This document shows, piece by piece, positions 28,640 through 37,988 of a stretch of 62,552 nt of DNA (position 1 is the stretch's first letter; each line of letters starts with the position of its first letter). The stretch lies in the NCBI GenBank assembly GCA_905478365.1, contig CAJQIK010000038.1, positions 1 to 62,552 on the forward strand. Direction: 5' to 3'. This DNA is from an uncultured Burkholderiales Genera incertae sedis bacterium. GTDB taxonomy: Bacteria; Pseudomonadota; Gammaproteobacteria; Burkholderiales; Eutrophovitaceae. The position numbers and the translations under genes are program-made. The notes beneath the pieces were generated by a model. That model did no database searches, had not been told where the DNA came from, and worked only from the letters and a program-made list of their open reading frames with translations.

Positions 28640-29719
28640 ATGCCACAGCTCCTTGACGCAATTCAATTCAAAAACGGACCAAAAATTAAAAATCGATTTT
28701 TTCTCGCGCCACTTACAAACCAACAAAGCCATGAGGATGGAACGCTTAGTAACGATGAATATAAGTGGCTCACAATGCGTGCGGAGGGAGGTTTTGGCAT
28801 GACCATGACCTGCGCATCACATGTTCAAGAGATTGGAAAGGGTTTCCCCGGACAACTAGGGATATGGTCCGATCACCATCTAGATGGTCTTACCCGTCTT
28901 GCCAATGGAATCAAGAAAGAAAATAGTGTTGCGATCGTACAGCTACATCACGCCGGATTACGATCACCGAAAGAAATAATAAACGCCTCACCGGTAACTG
29001 CGTCCGACAATGAAGATAGTGGAGCTCGCGGCCTGACTACATCAGAGGTAAAAAAACTTATTGACGACTTTGTAGCCGGTGCGAAGCGAGCCGAAAAAGC
29101 GGGTTTTGACGGAGTAGAGCTTCACGGGGCGCATAGTTATATTTTATGCAATTTTTTAAGTGCGGAGGTCAATCAGAGGACCGATGAATACGGCGGATCA
29201 TTTGAAAATCGAGCGAGAATCTTATTTGAAATCATAGAGGGTATTAAAAGCACCTGCCGCAGCGATTTCATTTTGGGAGTGAGACTAACTGCAGAAAAAT
29301 TTGGTATGAGGACGGAGGATTCGATCGGAACTGCAAAAATGCTGTTTGATCAAAACGTGATCGACTTCTTGGACATGTCACTTTGGGACGTCTTCAAAGA
29401 GGCAGAAGACGATAAGTTCAAAGGGCAGTCATTAATGAGCCTTTTTACAGATCTTGATCGTAGAAGTGTTCAGCTCGGCGTGGCTGGAAAAATTCGTACG
29501 CCTGCAGATGCGGAAGCCGCAATGAACGCCGGGGTCGATTGGGTCATGCTAGGCCGCGCGGCCATGCTCGAGTCTGACTTTCCCAATAAATACATAAAGG
29601 ACCCAACATTCAAACCGGTAGAAATGCCGGTCCCTAGCAGCTATTTGAGCGATCAGGGCCTATCTGATAAGTTTCAAGCTTATGTCAGGGGGCGGTGGCC
29701 GGAGTTTTTTGCTGACTGA
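28640..29719 (+). CDS. NADH:flavin oxidoreductase, Old Yellow Enzyme family
   Basis: 359 aa with FKNGPKIKNRFFLAPLT, VQLHHAG and FDGVELHGAHSYIL, typical of OYE/2,4-dienoyl-CoA reductase-like TIM-barrel flavoenzymes. Confidence 0.85.
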   Translation: MPQLLDAIQFKNGPKIKNRFFLAPLTNQQSHEDGTLSNDEYKWLTMRAEGGFGMTMTCASHVQEIGKGFPGQLGIWSDHHLDGLTRLANGIKKENSVAIVQLHHAGLRSPKEIINASPVTASDNEDSGARGLTTSEVKKLIDDFVAGAKRAEKAGFDGVELHGAHSYILCNFLSAEVNQRTDEYGGSFENRARILFEIIEGIKSTCRSDFILGVRLTAEKFGMRTEDSIGTAKMLFDQNVIDFLDMSLWDVFKEAEDDKFKGQSLMSLFTDLDRRSVQLGVAGKIRTPADAEAAMNAGVDWVMLGRAAMLESDFPNKYIKDPTFKPVEMPVPSSYLSDQGLSDKFQAYVRGRWPEFFAD

Positions 29720-29776
29720 TTAGCTCAGAAAAAACCGCCGCCATCTCCGTTGGTGGATGTGTTAGGTAAACTCACA

Positions 29777-30004
29777 TTATTTACCCATCTGTTCAAGTTC
29801 CTTCTCTAATTTGCGCAGTTTATCTTGCGTTCGTCTCAAAACCGCAACTTGGACATCGAATTCCTCGCGAGTCACCAAATCATGGCTTGCGAACCAACCA
29901 GATATCACAGCCCGCATATTATTTTGAATGTCCTGAATAGGACTATTATTTATTAACTCGTTGATCTTATTTAATAAATCTTCCAAAGATTTTTTATCTA
30001 TCAC
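29777..30004 (-). CDS. ubiK: Ubiquinone biosynthesis accessory factor UbiK (YqiC/BMFP family)
   Basis: A coiled-coil protein with the conserved DLVTREEFDVQVAVLRRTQDKL. The ORF track starts at a TTG (30031). A GTG at 30004, with GGGAG 8 nt upstream, gives MIDKKSLEDL..., which matches the usual UbiK N-terminus (MIDPKK in E. coli). Confidence 0.75.
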   Translation of the reverse strand: MIDKKSLEDLLNKINELINNSPIQDIQNNMRAVISGWFASHDLVTREEFDVQVAVLRRTQDKLRKLEKELEQMGK

Positions 30005-30179
30005 CTGGACTACTCCCACCTGAAATCTCAAACATACCTAGCCTAACCAGAAAACCTACTTCGCATTTTAAAGGCTCAATAAAAAAAGTGCTCCAACTAA
30101 TGCTAAATAGATTAAAAGAAAAATAACTTTAAGTACTTTAAGACCCAAATGCACCAGAAGCAGCCGACCCTCTCAAATA

Positions 30180-30196
30180 TGCACCATATTGGTGCT
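30180..30196 (+). promoter_or_regulatory. NtrC-type upstream activator site
   Basis: TGCACCATATTGGTGCT is a near-perfect match to the NtrC dyad TGCACCA-N3-TGGTGCA. It is centred about 100 nt upstream of the predicted glnK start site. A TGCACC half-site also lies at 30150-30155. Confidence 0.6.
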
Positions 30197-30240
30197 TCAG
30201 ACATAGCTATCGGTTTTCACAAACTATAAAAAATATTGAT

Positions 30241-30253
30241 AATCAGCTAGTTA
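30241..30253 (+). promoter_or_regulatory. IHF-consensus match between the UAS and the -24/-12 promoter
   Basis: AATCAGCTAGTTA fits WATCARNNNNTTR and sits in AT-rich flanks. It is rather close to the -24 element, so confidence is low. Confidence 0.3.
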
Positions 30254-30260
30254 TTCATAT

Positions 30261-30276
30261 TGGCACGATAAATGCT
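30261..30276 (+). promoter_or_regulatory. Sigma54 (-24/-12) promoter of glnK-amtB
   Basis: TGGCAC-GATAA-ATGCT has the GG and GC elements exactly 10 nt apart (consensus TGGCAC-N5-TTGCW). It lies 94 nt upstream of the glnK ATG. Confidence 0.65.
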
Positions 30277-30309
30277 TAAAGGTAGGCAAGGGCTGCTATC
30301 TAATAGTAA

Positions 30310-30708
<399 letters not shown>

Positions 30709-30729
30709 TACTAAGAAAGGAAATGCACC

Positions 30730-32022
30730 ATGCTTAAAAAACTATTGTTTTGGGCTGCAGCTCTGGGGCTTTCAGCAGTCTCAGGACCAAGTTTTGCAGA
30801 AGATACGTTAAGCGCTGGCGACACAAGTTGGATGATTGTGGCAACGGTGCTGGTGATTATGATGTCGATACCGGGCCTTGCTTTATTTTACGGGGGCCTC
30901 GTTCGAACTAAGAATATGTTGTCCGTTTTGATGCAAGTCTTTGCAATTGTAGCTTTAATGTCAATTTTGTGGGCTATTGCTGGCTACAGTTTAGCGTTTA
31001 CCGAGGGGCCGTTTAATAGCATCATTGGCGGTTTCGATAAAGCATTTCTGGCCGGAATTACTCCTGACACACTTAGCGGGACAATTCCTGAATACGTATT
31101 CGTAACGTTCCAACTTACATTTGCGTGCATAACGCCGGCCCTCATCATCGGTGCATTTGCAGAGCGGATTAAGTTTTCAGCCGTGCTTTGGTTTTCTGCG
31201 CTTTGGCTTTTTGTAAGCTACATCCCAATTTGCCACATGGTTTGGGGCGGCGGATATTTAGGGTCTAAAGGTGCTCTTGATTTTGCTGGGGGAACGGTTG
31301 TTCACATCAATGCAGCGATTGCTGGTCTTGTTATTTGCTTAGTACTTGGCAAAAGACTTGGATACGGTAAAGAAGCAATGCCGCCACACAATCTTCCATT
31401 CACAATGGTTGGCGCTGCGCTACTTTGGGTTGGTTGGTTTGGATTCAACGTTGGTAGTGAATTAGCGGCTGACGGCACTGCTGGATTAGTACTCTTAACA
31501 ACACAATTATGCACGGCCGCATCGGTTCTTGGTTGGTTGTTTATCGAGTGGATCACCCGCGGTAAACCAACCATGTTAGGAGGGGCTTCTGGCGCCGTCG
31601 CCGGCCTAGTCGCTATCACCCCCGCGTGCGCATTTGTCGGTCCAATGGGAGCGATTGTTTTAGGTGCGATCACCGGCGTAGTTTGCTTCTTCGCTTGCAC
31701 AAAGATCAAATCTGCATTTGGTTACGACGATTCATTAGACGTCTTTGGCGTTCACGGGATTGGCGGCATAATTGGGGCAATTGGAGCAGGTATTTTGTGC
31801 GCACCAGGGTTTGGTGGAGTCGGATACGGAGAGGGAGTCACCATGGGCTCTCAGGTCGCTATCCAAATCGAAGGTGTAGTAATTACCATCTTATGGAGTG
31901 GCATAGCCAGCTTGATCCTCATCAAGATTGTTGACGGCATCGTCGGCATTCGACCTACAGAAGATGAGGAGCGTGAAGGTTTAGATGCGACCTCGCACGG
32001 GGAAGCGGCCTACCACAATTAA
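30730..32022 (+). CDS. amtB: Ammonium transporter
   Basis: 430 aa with a signal peptide and 11 TM segments. Conserved AFAERIKFS, DFAGGTVVHI and DVFGVHGIGG motifs (twin-His pore). Confidence 0.95.
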   Translation: MLKKLLFWAAALGLSAVSGPSFAEDTLSAGDTSWMIVATVLVIMMSIPGLALFYGGLVRTKNMLSVLMQVFAIVALMSILWAIAGYSLAFTEGPFNSIIGGFDKAFLAGITPDTLSGTIPEYVFVTFQLTFACITPALIIGAFAERIKFSAVLWFSALWLFVSYIPICHMVWGGGYLGSKGALDFAGGTVVHINAAIAGLVICLVLGKRLGYGKEAMPPHNLPFTMVGAALLWVGWFGFNVGSELAADGTAGLVLLTTQLCTAASVLGWLFIEWITRGKPTMLGGASGAVAGLVAITPACAFVGPMGAIVLGAITGVVCFFACTKIKSAFGYDDSLDVFGVHGIGGIIGAIGAGILCAPGFGGVGYGEGVTMGSQVAIQIEGVVITILWSGIASLILIKIVDGIVGIRPTEDEEREGLDATSHGEAAYHN

Positions 32023-32049
32023 TATATTTAGAGTTATCTCTCCCCTTTT

Positions 32050-32075
32050 GGGCGCCCTTGTGGCGCCCTTTTTTA
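32050..32075 (+). terminator. Rho-independent terminator after amtB
   Basis: A perfect 7-bp GC-rich stem GGGCGCC (32050-32056) / GGCGCCC (32062-32068) with loop CTTGT, followed by TTTTTT (32069-32074). It lies 28 nt after the amtB stop. Confidence 0.85.
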
Positions 32076-32180
32076 TCTTTGTCAAAACATATGAATTTCA
32101 ACCGGTCTGTTAGAATCTAATTCGTTAAGGTTCGTCTTTACTCTTTAAACAACGATTTCATTTGAAAGTCATAGATCGCC

Positions 32181-33131
32181 GTGAATTTACTTTTCATACT
32201 TGACCCACTAGAAACCCTCAAAATCGAGAAGGACACCTCATTTGTAATGATGCGAGAAGCGCAGCACCGCGGACACGAGATTTGGGCTGCCACACCTAAA
32301 GACCTTAAATTTTTAAACAATAAAGTAATCGTAAGTGCCGAACAATTAAAGTTAAACGAAAAATCTAAGGTTTGGTATGAAGTAATCGAATCTAGAGATT
32401 TATCTTCGTCCAGCCTTGATGGCATCATTATGCGAAAAGATCCGCCATTCGATATGGAATACGTTTACAGCACGTATTTACTCGAAGCAATGGAAAATGA
32501 AGGATGTCGGGTGTTTAATCGACCCCAAAGCATACGAGACTTTAACGAAAAACTTGCCATAACAAAGTATCCTCAGTTCATAGCACCGACCTTAGTCACT
32601 GCTGATATAGCGACAATCAAGCTGTTCATTCAAGAACACAAGGAAGTGGTGTTAAAGCCACTTGACGGAATGGGCGGCTCATCCGTATTTCGATCACGTC
32701 CAGATGATCCTAATTTAGGGGTAATCTTAGAAACACTCTCTGAATTGGGTAACCGAACTATTATGATCCAGAAATTTATCCCCCAAATTAGTGCCGGTGA
32801 TAAAAGAGTTTTAGTGATTGATGGTGAACCCGTACCCTACTCTTTAGCGCGAATACCCCAAGGCTCGGATCATAGGGGGAATCTCGCGGCAGGTGGTCGG
32901 GGCGAAGCTATGGTGCTAACCGACAGAGAGAGAGAAATATCGAACGCCCTTGGACAAGAACTCTCAGCAAAAGGATTGTTATTGGTAGGCCTCGATATTA
33001 TCGGTGATTACCTTACCGAAATTAATGTAACTAGCCCGACCTGTATGCGTGAAATACAAGACCAAACAGGCTTCGATGTTCCAAAAATGTTTATTGACTC
33101 CATAGAGAAACATATTGGGGAAAAAGAATAG
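32181..33131 (+). CDS. gshB: Glutathione synthetase
   Basis: 316 aa, GTG start, N-terminus MNLLFILDPLETLKIEKDTSFVMM typical of GshB, with an ATP-grasp C-terminal half (GGRGEAM..., EINVTSPT). Confidence 0.9.
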   Translation: MNLLFILDPLETLKIEKDTSFVMMREAQHRGHEIWAATPKDLKFLNNKVIVSAEQLKLNEKSKVWYEVIESRDLSSSSLDGIIMRKDPPFDMEYVYSTYLLEAMENEGCRVFNRPQSIRDFNEKLAITKYPQFIAPTLVTADIATIKLFIQEHKEVVLKPLDGMGGSSVFRSRPDDPNLGVILETLSELGNRTIMIQKFIPQISAGDKRVLVIDGEPVPYSLARIPQGSDHRGNLAAGGRGEAMVLTDREREISNALGQELSAKGLLLVGLDIIGDYLTEINVTSPTCMREIQDQTGFDVPKMFIDSIEKHIGEKE

Positions 33132-33146
33132 AGAAAGATTGACACC

Positions 33147-33536
33147 ATGGTCGGTATTGTATTGATCACTCACGGTTCACTTGGGCAAAGCCTCATAGAC
33201 TGCGCTAAACATGTTATTGGGGATCCACTAAAAAATATAATCGCGGTCGGGATCAATGGAAACGCCTCGATCGAGGCAATGACAAAACAAGCAGCCGAGG
33301 CAATCTCAAAGGTGGATGATGGCTCAGGAATTATTGTCTTAACTGATATGTACGGTGGTAGCCCAAGTAACATCACAAAAAAGCTCCTCGAGACCGACAA
33401 TATTTATGGGGTTTCAGGAGTGAATCTGCCCATGTTAATCCGCGTGCTTACGTATCGAGAAAAGGATATAAAAACTCTTATCAAAAAAGGTTTGTCTGGC
33501 GGCTCAGAAGGCGTCATGCAGATACCGTTGAAATAA
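33147..33536 (+). CDS. PTS EIIA component, mannose/fructose family
   Basis: 129 aa. MVGIVLITHGSLGQSL carries the conserved phospho-His in the THG context. Confidence 0.8.
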   Translation: MVGIVLITHGSLGQSLIDCAKHVIGDPLKNIIAVGINGNASIEAMTKQAAEAISKVDDGSGIIVLTDMYGGSPSNITKKLLETDNIYGVSGVNLPMLIRVLTYREKDIKTLIKKGLSGGSEGVMQIPLK

Positions 33537-33547
33537 CAAAGGCTGAT

Positions 33548-33817
33548 ATGCTTCGAGAAAAAATAGAGATACTGAATCAACTCGGATTACACGCAAGAGC
33601 TTCAGCGAAACTGACGCAACTAGCGGGTCAATATCAATCCGAAATTTGGCTCAGCCGTAATGATCACAAAGTCAATGCCAAAAGCATTATGGGCGTCATG
33701 ATGTTAGCAGCAGCAAAGGGAGTTATCCTCGAGTTAGAAGTCGATGGCCCGGACGAGAGTGATGCTCTCGATGCCATTAAACACTTAGTTTCAGACCTTT
33801 TCGGAGAAGGACAATAA
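33548..33817 (+). CDS. ptsH: Phosphocarrier protein HPr
   Basis: 89 aa with His15 in NQLGLHARAS and the Ser46 region NAKSIMGVMML. Confidence 0.9.
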   Translation: MLREKIEILNQLGLHARASAKLTQLAGQYQSEIWLSRNDHKVNAKSIMGVMMLAAAKGVILELEVDGPDESDALDAIKHLVSDLFGEGQ

Positions 33818-33872
33818 TAGTGAAAAAAAACAATTCTATGTTCCCGACAAGTGGGCAGCAAAGGTTAGATAA

Positions 33873-35600
33873 GTGAGCTTCACGATACACGGCGCAGGTG
33901 TCTCGGGCGGCATCGCAATAGGACGAGCACAACTCGCTTCTCATGCACTACTTGAGGTGACGCATTATGGCATCCCTAAAAATAAAATCAAAAGCGAAAA
34001 AATTCGGTTTGATCGCGCAATAAAAACCGTGAGCAAAGAGCTCAAGGGCTTAAAAAAACAAATGGCGTCGGATATACCCGAAGCAGAATTTGAGGCCTTT
34101 ATTAACCTTCACAAAATGATTTTAGAGGACTCTACGCTCTCAGAAGCTCCGAAAGACATCATCGACTCGATGAGCTGTAATGCAGAGTGGGCACTAAAAG
34201 TTCAGCTAGATAAACTATTAGAGCAATTCTCAAAGATTGAAGATGCTTATTTACGGGAAAGAAAAGCAGATGTGCGTCAAGTTGCCGAGAGAATATTAAA
34301 AGCATTACTTGGACGACCAGGAGACGCGCCAACAAATAACGCTGAAGAAAATACAATAATTGTTGCTCACGACCTATCCCCTACGGACGTTGTGCTATTT
34401 AAGCAACACAAATTTGCGGGGTTTATTACTGACCTCGGCGGCGCTACGTCCCACACGACAATTGTGGCTCGAAGTCTAAACATCCCCTCCGTAGTAGCGC
34501 TGCATCAAGCCAGAACGCTGATTAGGGAAAACGAACTCATTATTGTTGATGGGACTGCTGGCGTGGTAATCGTCAACCCTGACGAAATTATTCTGAGTGA
34601 ATACGAAGTTCTTCGGAAGCAATGGTTGTTGGCACAACAAAAACTCAGGCGCTTGAGACGTAATCGGGCTACGACGATTGACGGCGCAGATATCGAATTA
34701 AGTGCAAATATCGAATTGCCTGAGGATGTTTCGTCCGCAAAAGAAAATGGTGCGACAGGTGTTGGTTTGTTTAGAACGGAATTCTTATTTCTTAATCGCG
34801 GAGACCTCCCATCAGAAGACGAACAATTTGAGGCTTATAGACAGGTTGTTCGTGATATGAAAAACGCATCGATTACGATTAGAACTTTTGACTTGGGTTC
34901 GGATAAACAACCTGACGGATATACGCGGGTTGCCCCCAATCCGGCTCTTGGACAACGAGCAATAAGACTATGTCTCGCCGAGCCTCGCTTATTTCATCAC
35001 CAACTCAGAGCAATACTTAGAGCATCTAAGTTCGGGAAGATTCGTATCCTCATTCCCATGCTCTCAAACATCCATGAAATCGACCAGGCGCTCCACCTTA
35101 TCTCAGAGGCCAAAGAGTCCCTCGATATCGAAAGTGTCGCGTACGACCAAGATGTGGAAATTGGCGGGATGATTGAGGTGCCAGCGGCCGCCCTATCAAT
35201 CAATGCCTTTCTTAAAAAACTCGATTTTGTATCAATAGGTACGAATGACTTAATCCAATATACATTAGCAATAGACCGAACTGACGACGCGGTAGCACAC
35301 CTATACGATCCAATGCATCCGGCTATCCTTCAGCTGCTCTCCCACATCATTAGCTCTGCTAACCGAGTAAATAAATCGGTAGCTGTTTGCGGCGAGATCG
35401 CTGGAGATCCATCCATTACACGATTACTTTTGGGAATGGGATTACGGACATTTTCAATGCATCCGGCACATCTGCTAGCAGTCAAACAAAAAGTACTTAC
35501 CTCCGACCTAAGGAAAGCAACATCAATTACAAAGAAAATCCTGAAAGCTCAACATCCCATGCGCGTTGAAGAACTTATCACCCAACTCAATACAGGCTAA
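33873..35600 (+). CDS. ptsI: Phosphoenolpyruvate-protein phosphotransferase (Enzyme I)
   Basis: 575 aa, GTG start, with the phospho-His motif GGATSHTTIVARSL and a PEP-utilising C-terminal TIM barrel (GTNDLIQYTLAIDR, CGEIAGDP). Confidence 0.9.
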   Translation: MSFTIHGAGVSGGIAIGRAQLASHALLEVTHYGIPKNKIKSEKIRFDRAIKTVSKELKGLKKQMASDIPEAEFEAFINLHKMILEDSTLSEAPKDIIDSMSCNAEWALKVQLDKLLEQFSKIEDAYLRERKADVRQVAERILKALLGRPGDAPTNNAEENTIIVAHDLSPTDVVLFKQHKFAGFITDLGGATSHTTIVARSLNIPSVVALHQARTLIRENELIIVDGTAGVVIVNPDEIILSEYEVLRKQWLLAQQKLRRLRRNRATTIDGADIELSANIELPEDVSSAKENGATGVGLFRTEFLFLNRGDLPSEDEQFEAYRQVVRDMKNASITIRTFDLGSDKQPDGYTRVAPNPALGQRAIRLCLAEPRLFHHQLRAILRASKFGKIRILIPMLSNIHEIDQALHLISEAKESLDIESVAYDQDVEIGGMIEVPAAALSINAFLKKLDFVSIGTNDLIQYTLAIDRTDDAVAHLYDPMHPAILQLLSHIISSANRVNKSVAVCGEIAGDPSITRLLLGMGLRTFSMHPAHLLAVKQKVLTSDLRKATSITKKILKAQHPMRVEELITQLNTG

Positions 35601-35608
35601 AAACAGCT

Positions 35609-36619
35609 GTGAAAATAGATGCTCCCAATCTACGTGGCCACTTAAAGACAAAGATGGGCAGCTTATACGTCATTCATGGGGACGAATTACTGTTGGGTTT
35701 AGAGGCTGCGGACTTAATTCGACGTGCGGCAAAATATAAAGGCTTTGAAGATCGCATCGTCCTAGTTGCAGAAAATAGATTTGATTGGTCCAAACTCAAG
35801 GAGCAGTCTCAGTCAGTTTCACTTTTTTCAACTAATAAGGTTGTCGATTTACGTATCCCGACAGGGAAGCCAGGTAAGTCCGGTAGTGACGCACTACAAG
35901 CTTACGTTAAAAATATACCCGAGAATACGATCACGTTGATTACCCTACCGGGGCTCGATCGAAATACTCGCAATGCAAAATGGTTCTTAGCACTTGAAAA
36001 ATATGGTGTTTCCATCGAAGTAAAGAAAGTATATCGAGAGCAACTACCCGACTGGATCGCGTACCGATTAAAACTTCAAAAGCAAACAATGGATCAAGAC
36101 GCACTTCAACTTCTAGCCGGTAGAGTCGAAGGTAATCTCATCGCAGCACATCAGGAAATTCTAAAGTTAGGCCTGTTACTGCCAGAAGGCCACCTATCCA
36201 TTGAGGATGTTAAGAAGGCAGTTGTGGACGTGGCGCGCTTCGACCCCTTTGATTTAGGACCCGCGATATTAAAGGGCGACAGGAATTTATTAATACGAAT
36301 ATTACGAGGACTTGAGAAGGAAAATTTAGCGCCCCCTCTAGTCTTATGGGTTCTCGCTGAGGAGGCTAAAGTATTACTGCGGGTCAAAGAGGCATTGGCA
36401 GGGGGGCTGGATATGAGATCTGCATGCGTAGATGCTGGAGCCTGGGGTTTGCGCCAAAAACTTATACCGAACGTTATTCATCAAATCACAATAGAGAGAT
36501 TACGAAACGCAGTGATTCAAGCTTCTCAGATCGACAAACAGATCAAAGGGATAGAAATCGGAAACCATTGGGTCAATTTATTAGATCTTGGACTTTCGAT
36601 AACACCCAATAGAACTTAG
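35609..36619 (+). CDS. holA: DNA polymerase III delta subunit
   Basis: 336 aa, GTG start. The N-terminal LYVIHGDELLLGLEAADLIRRAA and the overall length are typical of HolA. Confidence 0.8.
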   Translation: MKIDAPNLRGHLKTKMGSLYVIHGDELLLGLEAADLIRRAAKYKGFEDRIVLVAENRFDWSKLKEQSQSVSLFSTNKVVDLRIPTGKPGKSGSDALQAYVKNIPENTITLITLPGLDRNTRNAKWFLALEKYGVSIEVKKVYREQLPDWIAYRLKLQKQTMDQDALQLLAGRVEGNLIAAHQEILKLGLLLPEGHLSIEDVKKAVVDVARFDPFDLGPAILKGDRNLLIRILRGLEKENLAPPLVLWVLAEEAKVLLRVKEALAGGLDMRSACVDAGAWGLRQKLIPNVIHQITIERLRNAVIQASQIDKQIKGIEIGNHWVNLLDLGLSITPNRT

Positions 36620-36673
36620 TTTAAAGTCCCATTTGGCTGTAAAATATAGCCACAAAAGCAAACACCCTCAGTT

Positions 36674-37930
36674 ATGAACTCAAGTCACTACATGACCAAT
36701 CTGGGCGAAGCCGCCCGACAAGCGAGCAAAACGATCGCCTCTGCTGACACGCAGACCAAAGATAAAGCACTTGTTGCTATCGCAGATGAGCTTGTCGCAA
36801 AGCAATCGGATATTCTCGATGCTAATGCAAAGGATATCAAGGAAGCTCAAAAAAAAGGGCTAGCAGACGCTTTGATTGACCGACTCACCTTAACCAGTGA
36901 GACAGTAGAAAATATGGCAAAAGGTATTGTTCAAATCTCTGAGTTACCCGATCCTGTTGGAGAAATTAGTGACATGCGACCGCGTCCCTCTGGGATAAAA
37001 GTCGGGAAAATGCGAGTGCCCATCGGAGTAATCGGAATGATATATGAGTCGCGCCCTAACGTCACCGCTGACGCAGCAGGATTATGTTTAAAATCGGGCA
37101 ATGCAGTAATTTTAAGGGGCGGATCCGAGTCCTTTAATTCAAACCAAATAATAGGTCAATGTATATCAACCGCATTAAAGACGACTAATCTTCCACAAGG
37201 CATCGTTCAAGTAGTAAAGACAACAGACCGAGATGCAGTTGGTCAACTGGTTACCTTGAAAGATTATGTTGACGTCATAATCCCTAGAGGTGGGAAAGGG
37301 CTTGTAGAGCGAGTTGCCAAGGAGTCTTTAATTCCTGTCATAAAACATTTAGATGGTGTTTGTCATGTCTATGTTGATAAAGATGCCGATCTCCAGAAAG
37401 CTCTAAGTATTGCAGACAACGCTAAAACACAGCGATATGGAACATGTAATACCATGGAGACGTTACTGATACACGAATCTATAGCTCCAACATTTTTGCC
37501 GGAAATCGGAAAAATTTTATCTGAGAAAAATATTGAGATTCGGGCTGATGATGCAAGTCGAATCCACTTACTTAACGCTTTGAATGCGGAAGAATCCGAT
37601 TGGTATGAGGAATACCTCGCTCCCATTCTTGCAATTAAAACTGTCTCGGGTCTCGATGAGGCAATCCAACACATAAGTAAGTATGGCTCCCAACATACAG
37701 ATGCAATAGTTACAGAGAACGAGTCAGCCGCAAGCCGTTTTATTCGTGAGGTCGATTCAAGTTCAGTAATGATCAATGCATCGACACGATTTGCAGATGG
37801 TTTTGAATACGGTCTTGGCGCAGAAATTGGTATATCAACGAATAAATTGCATGCTCGTGGTCCTGTCGGATTAGACGGCCTGACAAATCTGAAGTGGGTT
37901 GTTTTTGGTAACGGCGAGATACGCACATAA
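36674..37930 (+). CDS. proA: Gamma-glutamyl phosphate reductase
   Basis: 418 aa with [13 protein letters not shown], the catalytic Cys region ([13 protein letters not shown]) and HTDAIVT. Confidence 0.95.
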   Translation: MNSSHYMTNLGEAARQASKTIASADTQTKDKALVAIADELVAKQSDILDANAKDIKEAQKKGLADALIDRLTLTSETVENMAKGIVQISELPDPVGEISDMRPRPSGIKVGKMRVPIGVIGMIYESRPNVTADAAGLCLKSGNAVILRGGSESFNSNQIIGQCISTALKTTNLPQGIVQVVKTTDRDAVGQLVTLKDYVDVIIPRGGKGLVERVAKESLIPVIKHLDGVCHVYVDKDADLQKALSIADNAKTQRYGTCNTMETLLIHESIAPTFLPEIGKILSEKNIEIRADDASRIHLLNALNAEESDWYEEYLAPILAIKTVSGLDEAIQHISKYGSQHTDAIVTENESAASRFIREVDSSSVMINASTRFADGFEYGLGAEIGISTNKLHARGPVGLDGLTNLKWVVFGNGEIRT

Positions 37931-37988
37931 ATAGTAAATCGCTTCAAGTAATACCTCGCATCTAAATTTAACAAAAAAAGAAAGAAAT

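Noticed and set aside
29720-29776. Possible bidirectional terminator between the OYE gene and ubiK (CCGCCA-N7-TGGTGG with A6 and T6 flanks)
   Set aside because: The stem is only 6 bp. It needs a G-U pair on the plus transcript and an A-C mismatch on the minus transcript, and the U-tract is on the wrong side for the better-pairing strand. This is too weak to call.
31302-31709. 135-aa minus-strand ORF (a 102-aa + frame ORF also lies at 31626-31934)
   Set aside because: Both lie inside amtB, one antisense and one frame-shifted. The amtB frame is unambiguous.
37369-37974. 201-aa ORF on the minus strand
   Set aside because: It lies entirely antisense to the well-supported proA gene. Its composition is low-complexity and Ser/Arg-rich, and it has no recognisable motif. 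This looks like a typical shadow ORF.
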